Notes: generated from the letters alone by a model not told the origin. A stretch of 64,000 bases of DNA from a virus (IMGVR_UViG_3300035208_003115); one strand, 5' to 3'; numbered from the stretch's first letter, positions 1 through 9,659 are shown. Translations and numbers: made by a program.

Positions 1-373
1 AAACAATGATCGTATTCGACGAGACAGGAATTTTCAATGCTAATGATCCGGAAGCCAAAAAGATTGTTAAAAAGATCAAGAAGGCTAAGCGTACTTATCG
101 GGTCGATTTAAAGACTCTTAAAAAGCGGATCATGGGGAAGGCGTAGGCTTGCTCGTCCTACCGCTAGGCTTTAAGAAAAGTCCCCAAGGGAACTAAAATG
201 AGACGATTCCTTATCCAATTAGTAGACTCGTGCCCATTCGGCCTTATAATTCCATTTCTTATTATAGGCCTACTATTAGCTCTTTTATCTTTGTGAGCGC
301 GATACTATAGGATTGACATATTTATTATATTATGGCAATATAAAATAACTTTGAAGAGAGGCAGGAAGAGACC

Positions 374-958
374 ATGGCTAATTTGATAAAGAATAGGCAG
401 TTCCCGTTATACACCAAGGCAGGAGCGGCTCAGTTTAAGCTACAAAAGATTCGCGACTATATGTGTGATCATCGAAGCGATAACCTGCACACTGCGGACT
501 GCAAGTATACGGAAGGATGGTGGCTTTTTGTCGATGCTGCCAAGGCTAAGACGGGTGCTGATCGGCAGTATGATTGGGATAAGAAGATTGTTCTTCGGCT
601 TGGACTTCCTGACATCGGTGTATTCCTAAACGGTTTCCGTGTTGGTTTCCGCGGAAAGAATCCTCGTAGGCCAGATGAGGAGTTGAAGTTTAATATTTAC
701 CATGATCCCAACAAGGGCGGGGCAGGCGAGGGACAGACGTCTAAGGGGATGTCTATTACCCCGGGCAAAGAATATGGCTATATTATTAACTTTAACCAGA
801 GTATAAGAAATGGTAGCGAGACCGAGAAGCGTGACGTCATGGTCTCTGTTACCGATGAGCAGATGGTTATCCTTCGTGTTTTGTTGGAACAAGCAACAAT
901 TTTAATTGCAGGCTTCTTTGATGACGGGCCTTTGCCTGAACCAACAAAGAGAGTCTAA
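374..958 (+). CDS. Whirly-like ssDNA-binding protein
   Basis: RQYDWDKK and HDPNKGGAGEG..K motifs, plus an N-terminal YTKAGAA, match plant Whirly motifs as I recall them (RQYDW, HDPxKG..EG, KGKAAL). Confidence 0.65.
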   Translation: MANLIKNRQFPLYTKAGAAQFKLQKIRDYMCDHRSDNLHTADCKYTEGWWLFVDAAKAKTGADRQYDWDKKIVLRLGLPDIGVFLNGFRVGFRGKNPRRPDEELKFNIYHDPNKGGAGEGQTSKGMSITPGKEYGYIINFNQSIRNGSETEKRDVMVSVTDEQMVILRVLLEQATILIAGFFDDGPLPEPTKRV

Positions 959-959
959 T

Positions 960-1259
960 ATGATTTCCCCCACTGAAGTCAAGATGCCGAATGACAAGAA
1001 AAATCTTTATATTCCATTGATGACTAATGATGGGGTAAATTGGACGGCCCTAGAGCCTTCGTTTGTTTTGCCCGCTGCGAAGTCTAGGCTTCGTAGCGCT
1101 CTTCCTGATGTCTGGCAACAGATGGCAGTTCCTGACAAATATAGGGACGTGCGTTGTGGTCTTGCCATTGTTAAGCTACAAGATATAGAGTCCTCTGCTT
1201 ATTTCTTAGAATTTACACCAGATGATTTTCTTAATGACAAAATTACTTCTGATGGTTAG
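960..1259 (+). CDS. hypothetical protein
   Basis: ORF 906..1259; ATG at 960 follows the upstream stop and is the more likely start. Confidence 0.6.
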   Translation: MISPTEVKMPNDKKNLYIPLMTNDGVNWTALEPSFVLPAAKSRLRSALPDVWQQMAVPDKYRDVRCGLAIVKLQDIESSAYFLEFTPDDFLNDKITSDG

Positions 1260-1294
1260 TAGTTGTTAGAATAGAACTACCATAGGAGTTATTA

Positions 1295-1579
1295 ATGCCC
1301 CACTATAAGACCATCGGAAAAGTTATTCAACCTCCCTTCCAAGTTGAGGGTCATCACGGGTGCCCGTTCTGTGGAAGTATAGAATTACAAAAACCTTCTA
1401 GTTCTGTTCACAATATTCCGTTTCCCGATGGACCTGTAACTATGGATAATTCTCAATTTCCTTCCTACTCATCGTATTATTGCATTACATGTGGAAGATC
1501 ATCTGAAGTTCCAGTGTTTGTTCCCGATAATTCTGGTATGACACCCGAAGGTCAAGGTACTTTTAATGCAGGCTTTTAA
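1295..1579 (+). CDS. small Zn-ribbon protein
   Basis: CPFCG...CITCG; RBS AGGAG upstream. Confidence 0.6.
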   Translation: MPHYKTIGKVIQPPFQVEGHHGCPFCGSIELQKPSSSVHNIPFPDGPVTMDNSQFPSYSSYYCITCGRSSEVPVFVPDNSGMTPEGQGTFNAGF

Positions 1580-1955
1580 AACTACTATCCATATCTTGGT
1601 CCCAGTAATCCAAGGATGGAGAAGTAAGCCATTTACTCAGTATCTGCAATGGTATATCGATAATGCAGATAAAGAAGCTAAGAAACCATCTATAGAAGAG
1701 ACTAGTCGGAAGCAGCTGTTGAGAATTTTAAAAGACTTGCATGATCAGATTATTACGGAGACCACTGAAAAGATATTCAAGGATGCTAAGCTTGCTCCCC
1801 CTTATTCCTTCACTCAAGTTAGGCTAAGTAAAGCTGCCACAAATAGCTCTAATACCGATGAATATATAGTTTCTGGAATTGGAGATCCTCAATCTCTGGT
1901 TGATTGGTTAAAATTAAATAAGTTTTCCATAGAAGTTAGACGCTTTAACATCTAA
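1566..1955 (+). CDS. hypothetical protein
   Basis: ORF packed in operon. Confidence 0.55.
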   Translation: MQAFKTTIHILVPVIQGWRSKPFTQYLQWYIDNADKEAKKPSIEETSRKQLLRILKDLHDQIITETTEKIFKDAKLAPPYSFTQVRLSKAATNSSNTDEYIVSGIGDPQSLVDWLKLNKFSIEVRRFNI

Positions 1956-1989
1956 GCTATCTTTCTATCCAAAGGCCCGGAGGCCATTC

Positions 1990-4900
1990 ATGTCAACCGG
2001 CGTAGATATTTCTATCTCTAAACCCGCTATTCCGACTATCAAAGATACTCTTATAGTCTTAGATAAGGCTCTTCCTAAGATTTATGAAAGTAAAACCGTA
2101 GATGCTACCATCTACAAATCCACTGGTGAAGTCATCTTTTCGTTGAAGAATGTCGAAGCCCCAGTTCAATGGAATCAAGTTTCTATTAATATTGCCGCGG
2201 AGAAGTATTTCGCGAAGGGTGAAAACCCAGAAACTTCTGTCTATACAATGGTTAATCGTGTCGCTTCAGAAATTGGTTCTTCAGCTGTTCTTAATAAATA
2301 TATAGAAACAGACACCCAAGAGTTATTTGTAGACGTATTGAGTCGCCTATTACTCGGTCAGTACTATTGCTTTAACTCACCCGTTTGGTTTAACGTAGGA
2401 GTTCATAAGAACCCGCGTATCTCTGCTTGTTTTATTCTCGGAATCGAGGATAACATGCAGTCTATTCTTGAGAATGCTAAAACAGAAGGGATGATTTATA
2501 AATATGGGTCAGGTTCGGGAGTTAATTACTCGCCTTTACGAGGGCGTAAAGAACGTCTTAGTCACGGTGGCGTATCTAGTGGTGTTATGTCTTTTGTTGA
2601 TATTGGGGATGCTGTTGCTGGGTCTATTAAGTCCGGGGGGCGCACCCGCCGGGCTGCCAAGATGGTCATTCTCGATGTCGATCATCCGGATATTGAGGAA
2701 TTCGTTTCCTCTAAAATCAAAGAAGAAAAGAAGGCCAAGGTCCTAATTGATGCTGGTTATAGTTCTGAGTTTGATGACGAGCATGGAGCCTATGCGACTA
2801 TTCGATTCCAGAATGCAAATCATTCTGTCCGGGTTACTGATGACTTCATGAATGCTGTCGATAAAGGGTCTCAGTGGGCACTCATCGGCCGAGTTCCTTC
2901 AACCGAACCGAAGATGGTAGAAGCCAAGGATTTATTCCACGATATTGCTGCTGCAGCCTGGAGTTGCGGAGACCCGGGCCTACAATTCGATACTACGATT
3001 AATCGCTTTAATACTTTGTGGGCAACAGCTCGTATTAACGGATCAAATCCGTGTGTGGTAGGGAGAACGCTGATTGCGACCGGAGATGGTTATAAGAGAA
3101 TAGATTCTCTTGTGGGTAGAACTCTTACGGTCTTAGGTGGAGATGGACACTTCCACCGCGTAGACAAAGTATTTAAGACGGGAACAAAGAGAGTATTTCG
3201 ACTTACGACTCGGGCGGGATATAGTCTTGACTTAACAGAGGACCATCCTGTTTTTACTACTAATCGGGGAGATATCCCCGCTGCCTTATTGAATAAGGAT
3301 GATTTTATCCAGTTGGGGATTCCTTTCTTCGGTTCAGATGAGCGTCTGGGAGAAAATCTTTCTTATGTTGCTGGTCTAGCTCTTGGAGATGGTTGTATTT
3401 GCAACGATAATTTAACCCTTACAATGCATCCAGTAGAAGAAGAACAAATTCTGAAGGAAGTAGCTTCTATTCTAAACGTCGAGAAGAAGCCGTATACTGA
3501 TACCTCTCCCCAAAGTCATTATAAAGATTCTACTCTCAGGCTAGGAACTTCGACAACAGGTCGAGTTACATGCGGGGTAAAAAAGCTTCTCAAGCATCTC
3601 TCCGAATATGTGATATTGGACGGAGGGTCCGAGAATAAGCTTTTAACAAATCAGGGACTGCTATTAAACAAGAAGTGTCTATCAGCTCTCCTTCGGGGGC
3701 TTTTTACTGCAGATGGAACCGTTGCGAATTATGACAATAAGAGTCAATATGTGTCTTTAGACCTTTGCTCTTACGGTTTATTGCAGCAGGTTCAGCTTTT
3801 ACTTCTACAGTATGGAATTAAATCGAAGCTTTATCAAAATCGTCGTGCATTACCTTTATCTGGCCCGATGGGCGCGATGCTACCAGATGGCAAGGGTGGA
3901 CAAAAATGGTATCCAGTTCAGCAGATGCACTCTCTACGCATTAGTAGAAGCTCTAGAATTTTATTCGAGCAGGAGATTGGCTTTGATTCAAAGAGCCCCA
4001 AAGCATTAGCTTTACATCTTTTAAATGAGAATAAAAATACTTATAAGGATTTTTTAGTTGATCCTGTGGCGTCTGTCGAGTTAGTTAGTACGGAAGATGT
4101 TTATGACCTAACAGAACCTGCTACTTCCCATTTTGTTGCCAATGGGATTGTTGTGCATAATTGTTCTGAATTTATGAGCATAGATAATAGTTCCTGTAAT
4201 CTTGCGTCCATCAATTTGATGAAGTTCCGAACACATGATGGTTTCGACTATAATTTATTTAATGCTGTGTGTTTCCTGGGAACAGTAGCTCTTGACATTC
4301 TGATATGTGACGCCAGCTATCCTACTCCTCTTATTGCCCAGAATGTGCAGAAGTATCGTCAGGTTGGTTTGGGTTATGCAAATCTGGGAGCTTTTGTTAT
4401 GTCCCGAGGACTCCCATATGATAGCGATGAGGCTAGACATTTGGCCGCAGGAATTACTGCTTGTATGACGGCTTCTAGCTGGCTCGCTTCTGTCGAAATG
4501 GCTAGAGTCTTAGGGCCATTCGATGAGTTCGAAAAGAACAAAGATGGGATGGAGAGTGTTTTAGCCGCCCATCTTACACAAGCCGCTAATCGATCTCTTA
4601 CAGATTGTCTTAAATCTCCAGGGTATCATGTTGCTCATAGTTTATTCCTCCAGGTTTTTGATGGTATGAAACAGTGCGGAATAAGGAACTCTTATCTTAC
4701 TAATCTTGCTCCTACCGGAACAATTGGTTTGCTTCTGGGATGCGATACAACGGGTATTGAACCGGAGTTAGCTCTCGTTAAGTATAAGAAACTAGTAGGT
4801 GGTGGCTTTGAAAAGTTTGTAAATCAAACTATACCCATTGCATTAGAAGAGCTGGGTTTTAACAAATCTGCAGTAACAAGCGCTTGTGCTTATATCCTTG

Positions 4901-5733
4901 AGCACGGAACAATCGCCGGTTGGGGAGAGTCGTTTATAGACCGGGGCGAGTTTCACAAAGTTTTTGCCACTTCTATAGACCCTAAGAATATTATTCATTG
5001 GTCTGGTCATATTAAAATGATGGTTGCGGTTCAACCGTTCTTATCGGGAGCAATCTCGAAGACTGTTAATATGCCGGCTGATGCAACCATCGAAGATGTT
5101 GAGCTGGCATACAAGATGGCCTGGAGAAGCGGTCTAAAGTCTATAGCTATCTACCGAGATGGGTGTAAAGGATCTCAACCCCTAAATCTTAGTGATAATA
5201 CCGGGGGTAGTAGTGCTACGAAGATAATGACACCACAGGTTGGGCGCACCAAACTTCCCACCGATAGACCTTCTACTACACATAAGTTTGCAATTGGAGG
5301 CCACGAGGGTTATATTACTGTAGGCATGTACGAAGACGGTAGACCGGGTGAGGTATTTATTACAGTTTCTAAGGAAGGTTCTTTTGTTGGCGGACTTCTA
5401 GATTCATTTGCAACGATGATATCTATCGCGTTACAATATGGAGCACCCATTCGTTTGATTGTTGATAAGCTAAAGGGGCACTCCTACGAACCACAGGGTA
5501 TAACCGATAATCCTAGTATTAGGTTTGCAAAGTCTTTATCAGATTATATCGGAAGATTCCTGGAACTACGGTTTATGAATCAGAAGGGAGATACAAAGAA
5601 GGAAGGAGATGAATCTATGGGCACTATTCTATCGATGCATACTCCTCCGTGTCCAGAGTGTGGAGGATTAACGGCACAATCTGGAAGCTGTCATGTATGC
5701 CAGAGTTGTGGAACAACAACGGGCTGTAGTTAA
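1990..5733 (+). CDS. nrdJ: class II (B12-dependent) ribonucleotide reductase, intein-containing, with C-terminal TSCPD/Zn-ribbon
   Basis: FNSPVWFN, SACF, GGRTRRAAKM, NPC-SE (split by intein), APTGTI, GAISKTVN, C-terminal CPECG..C..CG. Confidence 0.95.
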   Translation: MSTGVDISISKPAIPTIKDTLIVLDKALPKIYESKTVDATIYKSTGEVIFSLKNVEAPVQWNQVSINIAAEKYFAKGENPETSVYTMVNRVASEIGSSAVLNKYIETDTQELFVDVLSRLLLGQYYCFNSPVWFNVGVHKNPRISACFILGIEDNMQSILENAKTEGMIYKYGSGSGVNYSPLRGRKERLSHGGVSSGVMSFVDIGDAVAGSIKSGGRTRRAAKMVILDVDHPDIEEFVSSKIKEEKKAKVLIDAGYSSEFDDEHGAYATIRFQNANHSVRVTDDFMNAVDKGSQWALIGRVPSTEPKMVEAKDLFHDIAAAAWSCGDPGLQFDTTINRFNTLWATARINGSNPCVVGRTLIATGDGYKRIDSLVGRTLTVLGGDGHFHRVDKVFKTGTKRVFRLTTRAGYSLDLTEDHPVFTTNRGDIPAALLNKDDFIQLGIPFFGSDERLGENLSYVAGLALGDGCICNDNLTLTMHPVEEEQILKEVASILNVEKKPYTDTSPQSHYKDSTLRLGTSTTGRVTCGVKKLLKHLSEYVILDGGSENKLLTNQGLLLNKKCLSALLRGLFTADGTVANYDNKSQYVSLDLCSYGLLQQVQLLLLQYGIKSKLYQNRRALPLSGPMGAMLPDGKGGQKWYPVQQMHSLRISRSSRILFEQEIGFDSKSPKALALHLLNENKNTYKDFLVDPVASVELVSTEDVYDLTEPATSHFVANGIVVHNCSEFMSIDNSSCNLASINLMKFRTHDGFDYNLFNAVCFLGTVALDILICDASYPTPLIAQNVQKYRQVGLGYANLGAFVMSRGLPYDSDEARHLAAGITACMTASSWLASVEMARVLGPFDEFEKNKDGMESVLAAHLTQAANRSLTDCLKSPGYHVAHSLFLQVFDGMKQCGIRNSYLTNLAPTGTIGLLLGCDTTGIEPELALVKYKKLVGGGFEKFVNQTIPIALEELGFNKSAVTSACAYILEHGTIAGWGESFIDRGEFHKVFATSIDPKNIIHWSGHIKMMVAVQPFLSGAISKTVNMPADATIEDVELAYKMAWRSGLKSIAIYRDGCKGSQPLNLSDNTGGSSATKIMTPQVGRTKLPTDRPSTTHKFAIGGHEGYITVGMYEDGRPGEVFITVSKEGSFVGGLLDSFATMISIALQYGAPIRLIVDKLKGHSYEPQGITDNPSIRFAKSLSDYIGRFLELRFMNQKGDTKKEGDESMGTILSMHTPPCPECGGLTAQSGSCHVCQSCGTTTGCS
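3052..4161 (+). mobile_element. 370-aa intein with LAGLIDADG homing endonuclease at the RNR catalytic NP/CxE site
   Basis: starts CVVGRT, block B LTEDHP, VAGLALGDG and LRGLFTADG, ends VVHN followed by Cys. Confidence 0.95.
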
Positions 5734-5753
5734 GCTACAACAAGGAGATAGTA

Positions 5754-7055
5754 ATGAGTTCTAAAAAGAAGCAGGAAACGCATCCGATGACAGATAAAAA
5801 GCATAGTTTGACTGATCTATATGCTTCAGATATTGCCGCAACAGCTAAGGCGACGGGACATAACCCCTGGGACATTCCTTGGAATGTATATATCAAGAAT
5901 TCAACGCACAAGGGTAAGTCTCACGGATTGCTTAACCAATTCATAGCGTCCAATCTTTGGTCTACTATTCGTCAGACATATTTCCCGGTTCCTAAAGATG
6001 CGGTAGCTTCTGTCGAGCTTAAGATTTTTCGGCAGGGAAGAGATACTCTTCGCAGACAGGTTGCACTAGGGGAATATCAGCTCAGTGCATTGGCCGACTT
6101 AGCAACTAAGTTCCAGCCCGTTTTAGTTAAACCCTATGTTCCAAAGCACAAGGAGTCATTGGCTAGAGCTGTTGTTGTCGAAGAAAGCGACTGGCATATC
6201 GGCGCGAATCTGAATCCCGAAGAGGGATGCGAAAAGTTTGGACCACTCGAGGAGGCTCGGGCAGTTGCTAAATTGACCGAGGCAATTATTTCCTATAAGA
6301 AGGACCATCGAGACCAATCTAGATTGATTCTGGCTTTAGTTGGAGACTTCATTGAGAATTTTCTTCATGGGGTTGCTCAGTCAGAGTTCATCCCTATCCA
6401 GGTAATTCGAGTCACGGATCTTCTTTCCCAGCACATTCAGCATTGTGCCATGAATTATCCTCAGGTTGATATTTATTGTGCTCCCGGTAATCATGACCGA
6501 GATATCCTGGTTCATCCCAAACGAGCAGTTCGCATGAAGAGTAGGGCAAGCTGGGCAACTTGTATCTATGGTAATTTACAGAACATGTTTAAGAATGTTC
6601 CGAATGTTAAGTTCCATATTACCGAGAAGCCTTGGCTTGAGTTTGAGCTATTTGGAACTCGATACTACGGGGGACATGGAGACAACTTCTTAACCATGCC
6701 GAATCCCGGTAAGAGTCTTGATACTAGGTCTATTTACCACCAGATTCTGAAAATCAATAATGCTGAGTCTCAGAAGGGTCTTAAGCCTTATCGAGTTTAT
6801 ATGACGGGCCACATTCATACTGGTGGAGTTCTGTTTATTGATGACGGGTGCCGTCTTATTACTAATGCCCCACTCATCCCTCCTGATATGTTTGCTAAGT
6901 CGGTCGGGATTCACTCTGCCGTTCGGGGGCAGATGATGTTCGAGGCAACTCCCGAATATCCTGTCGGAGACATTCGGCTGATTGATGTCCGCGGTTCCGA
7001 GAGTGATTCAAAATTGGATAGCATTATTAAGGTGAATCCAATCTTTTCGAAATAG
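5754..7055 (+). CDS. calcineurin-like metallophosphoesterase
   Basis: SDWH, GD, GNHD, HGD, GHIH motifs. Confidence 0.85.
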   Translation: MSSKKKQETHPMTDKKHSLTDLYASDIAATAKATGHNPWDIPWNVYIKNSTHKGKSHGLLNQFIASNLWSTIRQTYFPVPKDAVASVELKIFRQGRDTLRRQVALGEYQLSALADLATKFQPVLVKPYVPKHKESLARAVVVEESDWHIGANLNPEEGCEKFGPLEEARAVAKLTEAIISYKKDHRDQSRLILALVGDFIENFLHGVAQSEFIPIQVIRVTDLLSQHIQHCAMNYPQVDIYCAPGNHDRDILVHPKRAVRMKSRASWATCIYGNLQNMFKNVPNVKFHITEKPWLEFELFGTRYYGGHGDNFLTMPNPGKSLDTRSIYHQILKINNAESQKGLKPYRVYMTGHIHTGGVLFIDDGCRLITNAPLIPPDMFAKSVGIHSAVRGQMMFEATPEYPVGDIRLIDVRGSESDSKLDSIIKVNPIFSK

Positions 7056-7682
7056 GTGTTCCCCGTAAGGGGATTAAGTAGGAACCAGATGTTTCGTCTG
7101 GTGGTTGTTCCTACACCACAGATATCAGAAAAAGCTGATATCTGTCCGGAAGACATTAGAGGTAATCTTTCTCTATGATTCTGGGTGCAGCGACGCCGGC
7201 CGCCGAGGAGCTGGGCACGCAGAGTTCCTCTTCAGAAACTGCAGTATTACATGCATTTCTAGCGGGCCCAGGATAGAGACCCGGAGACCGGATCTCAGCG
7301 AGCTGATCATGTACATTAGGCGAATGTTTGGAGAAGAAAGAGTAAGTTCCGGAACTGAGGTACTACGTACTTTCAATAGGAATGAACTTTGGATTCTCTG
7401 GGTTTAACCCAAGGGCATTCGGGAATGTGTAATTACACATTGCCGTATGCTTTTGGAACTTGAGGTAGTAGCACTAGACGTTTCGTCTAGTGAGACGGGC
7501 AGTAACCTATGTCTTAATCAAAACAGCAACATAACGCTGTGGAGAAGCGCTACGCGAAAGCGTAGGCAACTAGGTTCAGTCAAAGCAAAAGATAGTAAGG
7601 GTGAGCTGTAGAGAACTACAGAGTTGGTATTAGTTACCCACCGGGAACCCAAACCCCTCAGCTTACATAATACCGAGGGCTT
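7056..7682 (+). ncRNA. putative large structured non-coding RNA upstream of the RT
   Basis: about 630 nt intergenic with more than 10 hairpins, e.g. 7060-7073 (GTAA loop), 7078-7114, 7118-7145 (11 bp), 7205-7230, 7276-7296, 7424-7441, 7472-7492, 7550-7565 (GAAA loop), 7606-7621. Confidence 0.7.
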
Positions 7683-8618
7683 ATGAACTACCATCAGTTC
7701 TTTATTCGTAAACCTTCTGGCGGATTCCGCAGAATTAACGCTCCCGATGAAGAGCTAAAGGCTTATAGCCTAGAGCTTCTTTTCCTTCTGGAAGAAGAAC
7801 TTCAGCGTATTAACTGGTGGTCTAAATCGGGTCAACATATATATTCTTATCGTAAAGGGTATTCTTGTAAGACTTTGGCCGAAGATATTTGTTGTTTTAC
7901 TAAAGATACTTTACTTTACGATCTCTATTCAATGGATATAAAAGATTACTTTGGGTCTATAACTAGAGATATGTATAATGATTCGGTCGCTGCACTCTAT
8001 AACCAAGGATGTAATCTTCCCCTTTCGTTTTGGGATAAGGTTTGGGATGCCTCATGTATCGGCCCGGGTAAGATAAAATCTATAGCTCAAGGCAATCCCT
8101 TGAGTCCTATCATCTCCAATATAGTTGGTTGGGTCTTTGTAGATATGCCTATGGTTAATGGGCTTCTACCAGATATCATTTCTCAGACGGCATACTATAG
8201 GTATTCCGATAATATCTTTATAGTAGCTAAGAGGAGAGATGGATATTCTCGGGCATCAGTGATGGATAGAATTGGCAAATTTCTATGCGGCCGAATAACA
8301 GACCATCTAATGTTTAAGGTTGATGTTCGAAGCAACCGCCAGGAAAATACCGTCTTGGGAATTAGATTGGGTATGAGGCCTCAGCTCAAGAATAAAAAGT
8401 GGCTGAGATCGGTCTTTTATAGAGTTCATACCCGCGGGCCCTCAATGTTGAAAGATAAAGATATACTAAAAGAGTTTGGGCGGATGTCTTATCCCAAGCT
8501 AATAGAGACTGTTCAAGGTCTAAGCGCCTATGCAATTTCTATTGACCCGTCTATGGAAAGATATATACTAGATAATAAACCGATGGAAACGATAGGAGTT
8601 TCTCATGGCAATAAGTAA
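7683..8618 (+). CDS. retron-like reverse transcriptase with non-canonical YSDN motif
   Basis: Y..F.IRKPSGGFRRINAP..ELK, MDIKDYFGSI, QGNPLSPIISN, YRYSDNIFI, VLG at the retron VTG position. Confidence 0.9.
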   Translation: MNYHQFFIRKPSGGFRRINAPDEELKAYSLELLFLLEEELQRINWWSKSGQHIYSYRKGYSCKTLAEDICCFTKDTLLYDLYSMDIKDYFGSITRDMYNDSVAALYNQGCNLPLSFWDKVWDASCIGPGKIKSIAQGNPLSPIISNIVGWVFVDMPMVNGLLPDIISQTAYYRYSDNIFIVAKRRDGYSRASVMDRIGKFLCGRITDHLMFKVDVRSNRQENTVLGIRLGMRPQLKNKKWLRSVFYRVHTRGPSMLKDKDILKEFGRMSYPKLIETVQGLSAYAISIDPSMERYILDNKPMETIGVSHGNK

Positions 8619-8769
8619 TATCCGCAATTCATGGTTACGTAAGATTATCTGTGTCACGTTTTACCTTCCGTTCCTAGTTGTTATTGTTTTGTTTGGAGCT
8701 GTAAGAGGCTTAGCCGAAGCAGTGGCCCAATATAATGGTGCTGTTGCCGGTGCATGGAAAGGTAACTAA
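8605..8769 (+). CDS. 54-aa single-pass membrane protein (below the ORF track cut-off)
   Basis: ATG at 8605 with AGGAG RBS, overlaps RT stop; hydrophobic IICVTFYLPFLVVIVLFGAV. Confidence 0.6.
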   Translation: MAISNIRNSWLRKIICVTFYLPFLVVIVLFGAVRGLAEAVAQYNGAVAGAWKGN

Positions 8770-8813
8770 TTTGATTTATGACTTTCTATGTTCGGGAGTA
8801 GATAGGATCGATC

Positions 8814-9659
8814 ATGCCTAAAATTAAAGATATTGAAATCTACGACCAGAAGAAGAATCTGAAGATTGATCTGATGTTTAAGAAGGAAGTTATAACCTTC
8901 CAAGCTAGGATCGTGTCTCATCTAAACCGCATATATGAACTTGATTTGGCATTTGAGTCTTCATTGCCAACTGATTCTAAGGGAACTCCTCATCTATTCG
9001 GCCCTCATGGCTATATGCTTACAGTTACAGATAGTGAAGTAGATCGAGTTGATGCCACTGAGCACGAAGGTATCTATAAGTTCTTTATGGTAACGGGCCA
9101 GAATGCTCCACCGAAGGAAGTTTTGGCAGCACTTCAGTCTAGAGTTGAGGAGCTAAAACTTTCTGATGGGATGCCGTGTAATGGAGCCTTTACTCCAAGT
9201 AGTTTCTATGATGTCATGTTCAAGATGGAAACTCTTGATTATGATGCACAGTATTTGACGGATGAATTGTTTGATTTTATTAAAAAGGGAATGAAGAAAT
9301 ATGGGATGGGAGATAAGACGACAGTCAAGCCTTATTTTCCTCTTGCATATGTAAATGTCGCTTACCTTATGGGTAAAATATATGGGGAGGCGTTCGCGGC
9401 CGCTCTCGTAAACCATCCTGCTACTGACTTTCTTGCTTTCGTATGGCTTAGCGGATACGCAATGCAATCGTCTCTTAAAAAGTCTGGGGTTTCAGTAGAA
9501 TCTACATTAACGCCAGTATCTCCCGAGAAGATTGAAGAATTAAGAGAAAAGTATCTAGAGTTTATGAAGAAATTGGCGCATCATTTTGAAGAGCATCAGT
9601 CTAGTGATGAGAAATATATGCCGGAGGACGAGGATGACGATGACCAAACAACCGGATAA
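8814..9659 (+). CDS. hypothetical protein with acidic tail
   Basis: 281-aa ORF with RBS. Confidence 0.65.
   Translation: MPKIKDIEIYDQKKNLKIDLMFKKEVITFQARIVSHLNRIYELDLAFESSLPTDSKGTPHLFGPHGYMLTVTDSEVDRVDATEHEGIYKFFMVTGQNAPPKEVLAALQSRVEELKLSDGMPCNGAFTPSSFYDVMFKMETLDYDAQYLTDELFDFIKKGMKKYGMGDKTTVKPYFPLAYVNVAYLMGKIYGEAFAAALVNHPATDFLAFVWLSGYAMQSSLKKSGVSVESTLTPVSPEKIEELREKYLEFMKKLAHHFEEHQSSDEKYMPEDEDDDDQTTG

Noticed and set aside
7105-7407. 100-aa ORF (and antisense 7173-7376) upstream of the RT
   Set aside because: TTG start without an RBS, no recognisable motif, lies across strong hairpins; better explained as ncRNA, though not excluded.
7056-7682. CRISPR or regularly spaced repeat array
   Set aside because: Only two imperfect repeat pairs at irregular spacing were found; a dot-plot could still reveal weaker periodicity.
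7056-8618. Diversity-generating retroelement
   Set aside because: RT has QGxxxSP rather than the DGR SQ motif; no TR/VR pair with adenine-specific mismatches found by eye in this window.
7056-8700. Group II intron
   Set aside because: RT too short, no maturase domain, no domain V/VI seen downstream, flanking genes uninterrupted.
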